A stretch of DNA of 64,000 nt, taken from Callorhinchus milii (taxonomy: Eukaryota). Both the position numbers and the translations under genes were made by a program. Shown one piece after another: positions 11,717 to 23,763 of the stretch (positions are counted from its first letter, which is position 1; each line of letters starts with the position of its first letter). The stretch lies in the NCBI RefSeq assembly GCF_018977255.1, contig NW_024704742.1, positions 36,334,001 through 36,398,000 on the forward strand, read 5' to 3'. The notes under the pieces are model-generated. The model was not told the origin of the DNA, did not search any database, and worked only from the letters and a program-made list of their open reading frames with translations.

Positions 11717-13377
11717 CTTGAATGAATTAATGGCAAATTATAGCTTTTTTTAAAATATTTTGAGCTGTACTGCTGTGATGAAATGGAGACAATCTGGTTC
11801 ATATTGACTGCTGCAACATGTACTTTTCAGACACAGGGTGATGCTTTCTGCACAGGGGATAAAACGTTGCACCACCATAGCACACAAAACTAAAGGCCCG
11901 GGGGAGAACTAACAAAGCTGAGGAACAAATGAGTAAGCCAGCATAAGGCTAGGAGTGAAACGTGGGTTAGTGATGTGAGGATCCAGTACTTTTTCTAATG
12001 TTTAGAACTAGTCTGAATCTTTAAATCTGGTACAGTGCTGAGCAGACATGCTGGTAGAAAGTATTACATGTATTCTTGTTTGCTTTCCCTAGGCAGCACA
12101 GCATGTAGCCTGAGGGGGGGGGGGGGGGTCAATAAACTTATGATAATTTTGAGCTACCTACTTGGACCTCTGTAATGCAGGTATTGCTACTACCTGGTGT
12201 GCCATTAATTGCAGGTGGAGCTATACAGCAGTACTATAGTTCATCATACCAGGAAGCTGTGTTAGTTAATGATAAATGGAGGTTTGTATTGGGAATTAAA
12301 GGTAACTAATTACTCGAATAGTTGGTTAAATTGAATGTTGTATTGTAGTTTGTTAGAAATGTTACTTTGATATGCTGCGGTGCCCAGCAAGCTTTGTGAA
12401 GCACATTAAGACATCCTCTCGACATGAAAGACACTGAATAAATATGTATTGTTTGTTATGCTGTATCTGGGCAATTTCATTTTCACCGTGATGAATGAGA
12501 ACTGTTCTCAAAGGGAATTCGTAACGTGTGTTTAGTATGGCAGACTTGGGTAAACTACAGTATAATGTAACACTTCTGTTTGGATCTCGTGCTTACCTCA
12601 ACATTTTCAGTACCTTCATACATTGATTTTTTAAAATAATAATCCTTGCATTTGATATAGCGCTTTATCATTTTGAGATATATAATATTTTTTATATAGG
12701 GAAATGCAACAACTAATCTGTGCCAGCAATATCTGACAAATGTCAATATGAATGACTACACAGTATTTTGGTCTCTTTGTATAATTTGGATGAGGGGGAT
12801 ATGAGCCAGGACGTTGGGAGTACTCCTTGATCTTTGCAATACTGTAATACTCTTGCAACTTTAATGGACACCTGAATAGCTAGAACAAATTAACATGACC
12901 TTGATTTAAACATCTAATTGACGCAGCGCTATCCCAGTCGTGCACTGGAGTGTCAACCTAGGCCTAGATTATGAACTCAAGTGCTTGTGAGTAGCTTGAA
13001 CCTGCAATCTTCTGATAAGTGAACAAGTAACATCAGGACTTTAGACCGAGCTTAATCCAAAGCTGCATTATTTTGCTTGATTTTGATTTGCACTGTAAAT
13101 AAAACATTTTAGTTGGTGCTTTGATAAAAGATACATTTTGATAAGGGTGAAGTATTATTTTTAGTACTCTGTTACAGTAAATATTGATTTAAACAGTTCT
13201 TTATAGTAAGATGCAGCGAATCATTTTAAAAGTGCTATGGCAATAATGGCTGAACAATGATAGATTGCTTGGACTGTGATGAAAAGATACTGGAAACTGG
13301 TAACACAATGAAACTATTATCTACAAGTTAAACAAAAACAGAAGTAGCTGAGAACACTCAGCAGCATCTATGGAGAA

Positions 13378-13556
13378 ACAACAACAAGATTCCATTTATA
13401 GAGCAACTTTCACGTCGGGAGGACGTCCCAAGGCGCTGTACAGTTGGGTCAGGACCCGAGCAGGGGGGAAATGGTCAGGGTGAGGGGAGGGAAGGGAGGG
13501 AGCGAGGAGGGGGTAGAGAGTCGAGAGGGGAGCTGAAGGCACAGTCAAAGAGAAAG
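13378..13556 (-). mobile_element. L2 3' end nested inside the Penelope terminal repeat
   Basis: Matches the 3' end of the 9240-10470 copy and interrupts sequence that is contiguous in the 15452-15590 copy. Confidence 0.85.
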
Positions 13557-13560
13557 GAAA

Positions 13561-13600
13561 GTGAGTCAACGTTTTGGTCCACGATCCGTTGTCAGAACTG
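13561..13600 (-). pseudogene. Degenerate hammerhead motif in the Penelope 3' repeat
   Basis: CAGTT-CTGACAA-CGGATC GTG GACC-AAAA-CG-TT-GACTC; both core boxes carry G>A changes. Confidence 0.6.
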
Positions 13601-15451
13601 GGGCATGTGGGGAGGGAGAGGCTTTTAAGGGATAACGGAGAGTGGGGAGGCAGGACAAGGAAGACAAAGGAGTAAATGGGGTAGAGGACAGGGGATGATG
13701 GGTTAAAGAGGTGTTAATGATGCAGAACAAAGAGGGGGATTGCACGAAGCAAGGGAATAGAGGTGATAATATGGTAGAACGAAAGGTGGGGGGGAAAGAA
13801 CTTGCAACAAAACAGGCAGATCATGGAGAGAAAAGGTGTGTCTGGGACCAAGATGATGTGGTAATGGTCACAGAAGTGGGGGAGGGGGAAAGTGAACTGT
13901 TATGGTCTGAAACTGTTGAAATCAATATTGAGGCCAGAGGGCTGGAAGGTCCCCAGCAGATAAATGAGGTGCTGTTCCTCGAGCTTGCGCTGTGCCTCAT
14001 TGGAACAGCGTAGGAGACCATGGATGGAGAGGTCAGAGTGCGAGTGGGAGGGAGAGTTGAATTGGCAAGAAACCGTAAGCTCAAGGTTGTGCTTGCGGAC
14101 AGAACGGAGATGTTCGGCAAATTGGTCACCCAATCTGCGTTCGGTATCCCCAGTGTAGAGGAGACCACATCGTGAGCAGTGAATGCAGTAAACTACATTG
14201 GTGGTAGTACACGTAAATCGCTGTCTCACTTGAAAACTGTGTTTGGGGCCCCGGACAGTCCCCAAACAGTGTGGGAGGAGGTGAAAGGGCAGGTATTGCA
14301 TCTCCTGTGCTGACATGGGAAGGTGCCGGGAGGAAGAGAGCAACTGCAGGTGGTAATAGAGGAATGAACCAGTGAGTCATAGAGTTGACGGACCCTTTGG
14401 GATGCTGAGAAGGGAGGGAAAGATATTGTGGAGGGAGGGGAGGGAAAGATTACCATTAAAAGCACTTGTGTGTATTATCTACAAGCGCTTTTAATGGTGA
14501 CATCACAAATGTAGATGAGAGCTGTATGTATTAAATTTTATTTTTGAGAGAGCCCTGGCAAATTACACGTCACCTTATTTGTTTTGTTCAGGTGCTCTCA
14601 TCTGGAATCAAGGTCGTCCTTTGGTATTTGAACAGCCCAATTTACCCTGAGCTATTCAGATGGGATTAGGTCTAAATAAAGCTTTAATTGGGAATAATAC
14701 AGAGTATCTTAATTAAGATTGACTGCAGTTAATTATGAAGGATGGGAAGGTGACTTGTTTCTAGCCTGCATTTTGTTTTGAAGTTAGGCATGTGCCATTT
14801 TAGTGTATTTCATTTATCAGGTTAATTTGAATTGTCAGAGTATACTACTAAATCTGCAACTTTGTGTGGATCGTAGCTCTTTAATGGAGGCAAACAGTGG
14901 AATATGCAGTTAAACTCTGCCTAAGTAGTTTTGAATGACTATTTATACTATAATTTACACTGTTTGTGGGATACTGCTGTGTGCAATTAGCTGCCGCGTT
15001 TCACCCACATACTATACAGTAAATTCACTTTGCAGTATATTCTGTGAAGCGCTTTGAGACGTCTTGAGGACATTATAAGGCCAATATCAAATACAAGGAT
15101 TGTTATAATTATCAATCAAAATAAAATGTAGTTTTGTGTTGTTTTGAGAAATGCAAAAACTTAGTAGTGTTGGTAGAACACAGAATTTGCGAAGTGGGAA
15201 TGGGAGAGATCTGGAGGTGTTAGTTGATCAAAAGACTGAGGTAGCAAAAAAAGAAGGCAAACAGGATTTGTGACTATATTGCCAAATAAATTCAGTTGAG
15301 AAACCTAGAAGTCATACACAAGCTGTGTAGTTCTCTGATCTGGCCGCACCTAGAGAACTACATACAGATCTGTTTGCTATGACATAAGGGGAGATAGGGC
15401 AGAGGGTGATCCCCAGTGTTAGAGGTTGAGCATTGATAAGATAAGATATGG

Positions 15452-15590
15452 TACAAAACACAAAATACTGCAGATGCTGGATATCTGAAAACAAAAACAG
15501 AAATCACTGGGAAGACTCAAGGTCAGGCAGCATCTAAGTAGAAATAAAAGTGAGTCAACGTTTCAGGTCCACGACTCTTCATCAGAACAC
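15452..15590 (-). mobile_element. Solo Penelope terminal repeat (pLTR) fragment inserted in a CR1 remnant
   Basis: Aligns with 13330-13377 plus 13557-13600 (AAAACAGAA...CAGCATCT...AAGTGAGTCAACGTTT..GTCCACGA...TCAGAAC). Confidence 0.8.
15550..15590 (-). ncRNA. Minimal type I hammerhead ribozyme motif (Penelope-associated)
   Basis: Minus strand reads GTGTT-CTGATGA-AGAGTC GTG GACCT-GAAA-CG-TT-GACTC: intact core boxes, helix II, palindromic CG helix III, partial helix I. Confidence 0.7.
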
Positions 15591-16689
15591 AAGAGTAAGA
15601 TACGTACTATCTTAAGACTAAGATATGGTACTTCAGTTTTGAAAGGCGGCATCTCAGAGGGGATCTTGTACAATATTTTAAATGGGATTGAGAAAGTAAA
15701 CCCAGAACAATACTTTCAGATGCACTGAGACAGCCAACCAAGGGCATACAGGTTTAGGGTTACAAGGGATCTTGTGAATATCAACAAAGGCCTAAAGTAC
15801 AGGATTAGGCAAAGCATATTGATTACTTTATTGCAGTGCATTGAACAATCACTCAGTGGAAGATGTTCTGTTTTATTAGGAACAAATCTGAATATGAAGT
15901 TTCATATGCACTTCTTTACGCATTTTCACTGTGAATCAAAACTTATTGCACCATCTCTTATTCTTAATGTGTTTCTCAATTCCCTTTCCTTGACCTTCAG
16001 ATCCTGCATGGACTCCCCCATCTTTTCAAACCTCATTCTCTCACCAATGTTCCTAAGACTCTGGTTTGTTGCTGTTCCTTACTATCACTGCCCCACTACT
16101 GACTGTCAAGCCTTCAGACACTATGCCCCCACTCTCTGGAACTATTTCCCCAAATCCCTTCACCTTGTTCCCATTCTCACTTCCTTTAAAAATATATATT
16201 ATCCCTTTGAATGTGCCTTTGTAAACCCACTCAAATTCTCCTTGTCCTCCCTGTTGGGTGTTTCATATAATTTCTGCGAAGTTCTTTGAGACTTTTATCC
16301 TACAAGATAGGCTCTTTATAGGTTATTGCTGTTGCTGCTGTTAAAGCCTCTAGACCTTTCTCATTTTGTGATTTATTTTACTTTGTAGGATTTTGAAATG
16401 CAGGCTCAATGTCACCTAACCATTATATTTTTTGATTTCTTATCTCGTCTCGGTCCTTTTTGTAATCTCAGTATTGTGTGTGCATCGTATGTATGACTTT
16501 GGTGATTTACATTGGTTTTTCAGTTGTAAAAAAAACTGCTTCAAATTTATTCTGATATCTTTGATTTTATTGTGTTAAATATTCATTGTATTTTTGAGGA
16601 GCAAATTTTAGAATAATTGTTTATCAGAGCTTCATCATTGATTTTTATTCATTTTGGCTGAATATTCCTAATACTGTTTCATATAGAGC

Positions 16690-17175
16690 ATAACACGAAA
16701 TTGCATTCATATAGCACGAAAGGAGAACATCCTAAGGTGCTGGACAGTGAGGGGTTTCCACCCGTTGGACCCGTTGGGGTTGGGATCAGAGAGAGGTAGA
16801 AGGCAAGGGGTTGGAGGAGGGAAGATAACTGAAGGCACAGTCGAAAAGGAAGGTCTTGAGACGGACCTTGATGGAGGCAAGGCAGGGGCTGAGGCGGAGA
16901 GACTCCAGGATGGAATTCCAAAGGGTGGGGCAGAAAAGCTGAAGGCCTGATTTTCCACCCTCCGGCCTCGATAGTGGAGCAGGCAGGGCAGGGGGTGTGG
17001 AGCAGGCAGATTGGAGGGAGAGGACGGGTTGGTGAAGTTTTAATAGGTTGCAGAGGTAGGGAGAAGCAAGACTGAAGGGCTTTAAAGGTGAGGACAAAGA
17101 TTTTGAACTTGATCCTTTGGGGATGGGGAGCCAGTGAAGCAGGGCAAGGATGGGGGTGACAGGCTCACAAAGCTT
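16690..17175 (-). mobile_element. L2 LINE 3' fragment
   Basis: HWLPIP, PTLWNS, LKTFLFD remnants and tail. Confidence 0.8.
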
Positions 17176-17283
17176 ACACTGCTCTTGATTTCATTCAGCT
17201 CGGCTCCAGTGTAATGATCAACATTTTGATACGTAGCAAAAAGATAAATTGAAATATTTTTATATTTAAATGGAAAATTATTT

Positions 17284-17580
17284 TAATAATAATAATAATC
17301 CTTGCATTTGATATAGCGCTTTTCACGTCTTCTAGACGTCCCAAAGCGCTTCACAGAATATACTGTGGGCGAACGCGGCAGCCAATTGCGCACAGCAGTG
17401 TTCCACAAACAGTCGGAGATTGAAAGTGACCAATTTATTATTGTTTTTGTTTTTTGGAGGGATTATTATTAGGCTCTGTGTGGAGTAAGGAAACTTGCCC
17501 AAGGTTTCGCTCTGCCGGGAATTGAACTCGGGTCTCTCGCTTGCAAAGCGAGTGCTCTAACCACTGAGCTACAGGACTCC
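17284..17580 (-). mobile_element. tRNA-derived SINE, short form, full length
   Basis: Reverse complement of GGAGTCCTGTAGCTCAGTGGTTAGAGC ... (ATT)n. Confidence 0.9.
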
Positions 17581-17899
17581 GATTTTGTATGTAGAATGAA
17601 TGTGATTTCAGAGGGAGAGTGGAATAAATAAAATTCTCATACTTGAAAATTAGTGCAGGTTTTAAAACATTTTGCTATCGTGGAAATACGAAACGCATCC
17701 TGTCTAAACACTTTGTAATGTTGGATCAAGATAGCTTCTCGTTCTTATGAAACTTTAGTTCTAATACCATAATGTAGTAATGGGTTTCAGCAAACAGGTT
17801 GCAAAATTCAAAGTGTTGTTGCAGCCATGTTTGTGATTAATCTAAAATAAACCTAGGAAGTAAATCTCAACCCGCAATGATAGGATTACTATTTCCTTT

Positions 17900-18495
17900 C
17901 TCTATGACCCTCATACACACTTTCATAACATCCAGGCTCGACTGCGCAAACTCACTGCTTGTTGGCCTCCCCAACTTCTCCTTTCATAGGCTGCAGATTA
18001 TGCAGTTCTCTGCAGTCCGTTTCCTCTCCTGCACCAGACTCTGCGACCCTATCACCCATCCTCACCCGACTCCACTGGCTTCCCATCGCACAGAGGATAC
18101 TGCTCAAGATCCTGATCCTCACTTTCAACGTCCTCCATGGCCTTGCTCCCCCCTACCTCTGTGACCTCCAAACCCCCTACCAACCTGCCTGCTCCCTTCG
18201 CTCAGTGGGCTCCGGCCTGCGTCATGTCCCCCGCCTCGCCCGCCCCACCATTGTCAGGCGGGCCTTCAGCCATTCTGCCTCCATCCTCTGGAACTTTATC
18301 TCGCATTCCCGCCCCCTCCCTTTCCTCCTTCAAGACCCGTCTCAAGACCCCTCTCTTCGACCGTGCCTTTGGTCATCCTCCTTCCTCCTCTGCCCTCCAC
18401 CCTCCCCAGTCCCAACCCCCAGCTCGGATCTGAAACACTGATTGTCCAGCACCTTGGGATGTCCTCCCGACGTGAATTTTGTTTTTGTTGTTGCG
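17900..18495 (+). mobile_element. L2 LINE 3' fragment
   Basis: HTFITSRLDCANSLL, RLHWLPIAQRI, FKTRLKT remnants; GTT tail. Confidence 0.85.
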
Positions 18496-19204
18496 GTGGA
18501 GAAGGAAGGACAGTTGTGGGTTGAACCTGATGCCGAGGATGTGCGCAGGTTCGGTAAGTTTGAGCGACAGACCAGGGAGGTTATGTGTGTTAATGGAATA
18601 ATTGCGGCAAATAGTTGAAGGTACATAATCTTGAAACACAAACTTTGTGTGAACGAACAAATGTATCTGCTCATTTCTAGCTGGAAGGCTTTAGATTTTT
18701 TGCATTTGGTAATGCTGACTACAACAAAACTATTCTGATTAGTTACATGGCTTGGATTGACACAGCACAGCAGCACTGTGTTATTGGCGCAGGATCAGTT
18801 TTTATGGTGCATTGCCCTTGCTTTGTCTGCAGTCTACCATAGTTTAGCTACATTCGATGTATAGGAAAGCTTCAACTGCAGCAAGATTTAGGGAAAACCT
18901 TGCTGAAAAAATTCTATGTGGTGCTATGCATCATCCAGCAACAAAGGCAGCTTTCATTTATGGGAGTTTTTCAAAAAACATTTAGAATATATTCTTCTCT
19001 TTTTACTTAAATAATAAAACAACAACAAATTCACATTTATAAAGCGCCTTTTACATCGGGAAGACGTCCTAAGGCGCTGTACATTCGGAGATCATAATAA
19101 TAATAATCCTTGCATTAATCTACAGTCTATAGTGATAAGTTTAATACATTAGTTCAATATTCAATGAACAATATATATAAAACGTGTATTAATAATGATA
19201 ATAA

Positions 19205-19550
19205 ATAATCCTTACATTTGCTGTAGTGTTGTTCATGTCAGGAGGTTGTCTCAAAGCAAATGCAGCAGTCATTTTGCGCACAGCAGCATCCCACAAACAG
19301 CCATGAAGTGGATGACCAATCTTATTTGGGGGTGGGGGGTGGTTGATGAGAATACTGGGAGAAACTTTTTGAATAGTTCTAAGGAAACTTCTTTTTAACA
19401 TCCATCTGAACAGGCAGTGACAGGACCTCAGCTTTAACATCTCAATGCAGCAGTATATTGGAGTGTCATCTTGGATCACGAATTCAACATCCCGATGTGG
19501 GGATTGAATGACAACCTTCTGACTCCGAGACAAGAGTGCCACCAATTGCA
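19205..19550 (-). mobile_element. Older Deu-domain SINE
   Basis: Same family as 11295-11716. Confidence 0.7.
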
Positions 19551-20407
19551 CTAGATTGACAGCACATATCTATAGCAATGCCTATTGCATATATCATATA
19601 ACCACATCAAACTATCACAAAACACTACAGAGTATTTACCCTTAAGTGCAGTAACCGTTTTTGTAAGCAAGCACACCGGTCCAAATCCCTGGCTGAGCAG
19701 TGCCTTGAGACGTTCTCCCGACGTGAAAGGCGATATACAGATGTAATTTAATGTTAATGTTGTTTGCGCACAACAGGTCCCACAAAGACCCAGGAGGTCA
19801 ATGACCAATTTAATAATAGTTTAATGGGGTCTATGTGACAAACAGGCAGACATGACCTGGTGTATTGTCTCATCTGATGGATGAAACCACTAACAATGCA
19901 TAGGTCCCGAGACTATGAACTCAATTTCTGATGTAGAGCTTGATCTATTGACCCTAAGGAGAGAAACTGATAGACCGATGGGGTGATGCTGCACGTGTTA
20001 GTGGGTACACGTTGAACAATGCTTATGAGATTTCTTACAATAGGCACTGAATGGAGTATCACAGTGTATTGCCACTTGGAAGTGTGGGGGTCCTCTTTAG
20101 TACAAACTATATGAATTTCTGGAACCTTAGATTGAATCTAGTCCAGATCAATGGAATAAGTCTCCCTTGAGTTTTAAAGATTGTTTTGGGGTATGTTCTG
20201 TGGTGATGGACATTCTGTTAAGTGTTGTAATGCAGTGAATATGAGAAGGTTTTTAGTTTATGGTGGGAGAAAATACTGTATGTAATTTCTGCAAGTCTTG
20301 CAATTCTGATGGAAAGAATTTTCTGTTATGTGGTCCAGCATTTAGGATTTCTATTAATGCTCGCAAGCTGTAAAAAGGTAACTTAGCACTGTTCCATTGA
20401 CCATATT

Positions 20408-20730
20408 TTTATTCCGAGCAGGGCGAAAGGTTGGGCAGGTTTCCTTACTCCACGCGGCTCTGTCTACCTAGCAATAAGTAGGAACCCGGTTGTTAGCCGA
20501 TTGGCGGATCGCTTTTCCAGGGGTAATAATTCCTTCAAAAAAGTAAAATAAATAAAAATTGGTCACTTCAATTCACGACTGTTTGTGGGACACTGCTGTG
20601 CGCAATTGGCTGCCACGTTTCGCCCACAAAATATAGTCAATTCACTTTGCTGCGTATTCTGTGAAGCGCTTTGAGACATCTCGAAGAAGTGATAAGGCAC
20701 TATATCAAATGCAAAGATTATTATTATTAT
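20408..20730 (+). mobile_element. tRNA-derived SINE, long form, 5'-truncated
   Basis: Middle segment and tail present. Confidence 0.85.
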
Positions 20731-21366
20731 AAATCAAATCTGAATTTCCCCAATAGCGACTTTGCTTGTAATCTGGTTTGACTTATTATTTCAGATAGAT
20801 ATTTAATTCTCTATTTTATTTTCCTTTTACTGTTATAAATATTAGCATTTCAAATTCCTTTTTAAAATGTAGATTCACCAGCTTGTAATTTGATAATGAT
20901 TATACTGTATATTGTACCCATCCTATTTGTTTACGGATAGGAAATTTACACAGAAGTGATGGGAAGAAATGTTGTGATTTGCTCACAGGACTATTTACAA
21001 ACTGACATGGTTACTTATGGTTGTTCAGGCTGAATCAATGAAAGTTCCCCAAAATAAGCATATATATATGTATGTATATAGATAGAAAGAGATCCGAAAA
21101 GGGGATTAATTTAAAAAAGGTTATTTAGAAAAACAGATAGCACTGGCAGAGACATAAAGGGCCGAATTGCTCTCTTCTGTGCAGAAAATGTCTGTTTTTT
21201 AAATCTCTTAAGGGATTTAAGTGGTGGATAGATTGATCAATCAATTATTTTCTAAAAGGTTTGTGAATTTCAATAATTATTTTGAAAAACAAAGATAGAT
21301 TCTAGCTGTATTTTTTTGGATTTCTTGTACAATCACATAATTATTTTGCTTGTTTTTGTGGTTTAG

Positions 21367-21509
21367 GAGACTGAAGGAGATGACAGAGCAGGACTTGAAG
21401 GCGATGGTGATGGAGACTTGAAACCTGATTCAGACATTCCTGATGTTCCTCCGTCAAATGACACCACTCCAGAGGTTTTTAACAAGGCTCTATCAGGACT
21501 ATCGTCAAG
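21367..21509 (+). CDS. CDS1: CDS1 exon 2 (ETEGDDRAGLEGDGDGDLKPDSDIPDVPPSNDTTPEVFNKALSGLSS-R)
   Basis: tttag|GAG ... TCAAG|gtatt; 143 bp, phase 0 to 2. Confidence 0.93.
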
Positions 21510-21827
21510 GTATTTTTGATCTGCCAATAGATCCATGTAGTTGTGTATCATATGGGTAGGGATGTTGTCACAATTGCATTGTGTGATTGATCAAATTAGA
21601 GAATACTTAATAATTTGCAACAATAAACTTCTTGCTGCCATTTACCAATATACCTTTTCCTCTCACTTTCGGTAGTTGTCAAATGTTCATTCAATACTTC
21701 TCAGTGTGTCTAAAATCAGCTCAGTGGGATAGTGGAATCAAGCAGGCGTTCTTAACACTGCACCATGGGAGCAGGTAGTCTGATATTCTCTGCAATGGAA
21801 ACGCTGCATAACATGGAAGACCTTTAA

Positions 21828-22240
21828 TAACAATTATTCCTGATTTGATGTAGCGTCTTTCACATCTGAATAACGTTTCAAAGCTCTTTGCAGGATTTAC
21901 TATAAAGGGTAGCGACTGTATATTTTGTAGGCAAATGTAGTGTCAATTTGTCCACCACAGTGTCCCACAAACAATCATGAAGTGAATGAGCAGTTTTTAT
22001 TTGTTTTTTATTTGTTTGCCAGGGCATTTGTAGAAACTTCTTCCTCCTTTCGAGTAGTGCCATGGGATCTTTAAATGTCCACCTAAACAGGTAGACTGGA
22101 CGTTGTTTTAACATCTCATCCAAAGGATGGCACCTCCAAAAATGTAGCAAACCCCAGCACTGCATTGTAGGGTCACCCTAGGCTATATGTGGTCAGAGTT
22201 CCAATGATTCAGAAGAGAGTGCTACTAATTGAGCCGGGTT
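21828..22240 (-). mobile_element. Older Deu-domain SINE
   Basis: Same family as 11295-11716. Confidence 0.72.
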
Positions 22241-22333
22241 GACACATAGATACCATGGCACTATTCGTAAAGAGAAAGTGGGTTTTCCTGGTATGCTGGC
22301 CAACAATTCCCAGATGAAATTGATCATTTACTT

Positions 22334-22745
22334 CAGCACGGTCCAACAGGCGGCCCACAGGCCGCAGCCAGCGCGGCAGATGATTTTATCCGGCCCAAGA
22401 CCATTTCCAGCATTCCAGCGTACACTCCCTCCCTGGTGAATGTCCTTCCAACGCAGCAGCAGGAGCTGGCGGTTGGGTGCAGCGCGGAGAGTGGAAATAA
22501 TGCCGGCTGTTACTGCAGTGTGTACTGGAGCCGAGGGGAAGGCAAACGCATCTCCTTATCCACTGCGTTCTTAGGGGAAGGGGGTATTCAGGGAGGGAAA
22601 GGGGAGAGTGAGGGAGGGAAAGGGGAGAGTGAGGGAGGGGAAAGGGGTGAGTAAGGGAGGGGAAGGGGTGAGAGGGAGGGGAAGCAGGGATTGAGGGAGG
22701 GAGAGTGGGGAGGCGAAGTGGGAAGTGAGGGGGGAGAGAGAGCCT
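22334..22745 (+). mobile_element. Probable hAT-family non-autonomous element end followed by a purine-rich low-complexity tract
   Basis: CAGCACGGTCCAAC.GGCGGCCCACAGGCCGC...TTTTATCCGGCCC resembles hAT/Charlie-type subterminal GGCCC motifs; no clear second TIR. Confidence 0.5.
22590..22742. repeat. G/A-rich tract with a 21-bp tandem unit (AGGGAGGGAAAGGGGAGAGTG)
   Basis: Read directly from the sequence. Confidence 0.8.
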
Positions 22746-23369
22746 TACCATAACTTAATTGAAATCACTGTGCTTTAGTACATTTCGTTACCATGATTCA
22801 AGAGCTTTGTTTTTTTAAGATGTTTTGATTGGAAACTGTAAAGGATTAATCTTTCATACTTACGTTGCCCTTTGATCAGTTCTATTTAGATGCGTCACCA
22901 GGGTGAGGACGATTTTGCAAATTAAATTTTACAGCTTTTAAAAGTTTAATGTATCCCATTATTCTACTCTTGGTATTCGACATCTCTTGCTGGGATGCCT
23001 ACTTGTATTATTCATGTGGCAGTGAGTGTCAGCAGGCCATACATACACATACACCCACAACTATTAGAGGGTGCTGCGGAGGGAGCAAGAACCCTATCAG
23101 GTTTTTTCCTTCCTGACCTTGGGAAGGATAGGCTCAATTTAGCCTCTCCCTACAGCCTCCGCTGAGACCAGCAAACTCAGCACAAGGGTTTAGACCTAGC
23201 CAGCAAGCTTCCAGTCCATAAGCTGCAGCTCTATCCACTTCACCATCAGTGCTGCTCCCCCTCAGCCCCAGTTCAAAAATCTTACTCTTGAGGCTTTAAT
23301 AGTATAGAGTGGTTTAAATAGTTTGAAATTATTTAAAGTTTTTATACTAACACCAATTATCCTTTTTAA

Positions 23370-23625
23370 TTCCATTGGCGGGCGGGCCTTCAGCCTCTCT
23401 GTCCCCATTCTCTGGAACTCCATCCCACACTTCATCTGCCCCTCCATTGCCTTCTTCAACACCCGTTTCAAGACCTTCCTCTTCAACCGTGTCTTTGGTC
23501 ACCCTCCTACTCCTATCCTCACCGCCCTCCACCCTTCCTGATCCCAACCACTAGCTTGGGTGCGGATCCCTGACTGTCCTTGCAACGTGCGCTTGAAGTG
23601 AAAGGCACTATACACATGTAATTTC
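23370..23625 (+). mobile_element. L2 LINE 3' fragment just upstream of CDS1 exon 3
   Basis: IGGRAFSLSVPILWNSIP...FKTFLF. Confidence 0.8.
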
Positions 23626-23666
23626 TTGGTGTGAAATGTGTTTGTAATGAGTGTTTTATTTTTCAG

Positions 23667-23763
23667 ATGGAAGAACTGGTGGATTCGAGGGATTTTGTCG
23701 CTCACAATGATTTCATTTTTCTTTCTTATTATCTACCTGGGACCTGTAGTACTCATGCTTGTG
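23667..23763 (+). CDS. CDS1: CDS1 exon 3 (WKNWWIRGILSLTMISFFFLIIYLGPVVLMLV)
   Basis: ttcag|A TGG ... GTG|gttagt; 97 bp. Confidence 0.95.

Larger units (their letters stand above)
13330..14450 (-). mobile_element. Penelope-like retroelement (Neptune-type), 5'-truncated: GIY-YIG endonuclease remnant plus 3' terminal repeat
   Basis: ORF 13900-14343 has FTC..NVVYCIHCSRCGLLYTGDT.RRL...FAEH...E...LGT.QP.GLN (GIY-YIG). The adjacent frame has the Cys motif PGTFPC..RRCNTC typical of Neptune linkers. The terminal repeat is shared with 15452-15590. Confidence 0.88.
15195..15790 (+). mobile_element. Degraded CR1-type LINE 3' fragment, interrupted by the Penelope repeat
   Basis: ERDLGV, RPHLE, FS.ERR.LRGDL-like remnants. 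Confidence 0.6.

Noticed and set aside
11831..11932. Possible cassette exon in CDS1 intron 1 (ttttcag ... GA|gtaagc, 102 nt)
   Set aside because: All three frames contain stops, there is no similarity to the CDS1 N-terminus and the donor is weak. It could only be a poison or non-coding exon, and nothing supports that.
1..21366. CDS1 exon 1 or promoter
   Set aside because: I saw no CpG island and no ATG-initiated exon resembling the CDS1 N-terminus with a phase-0 donor; it is presumed to lie upstream of the window.
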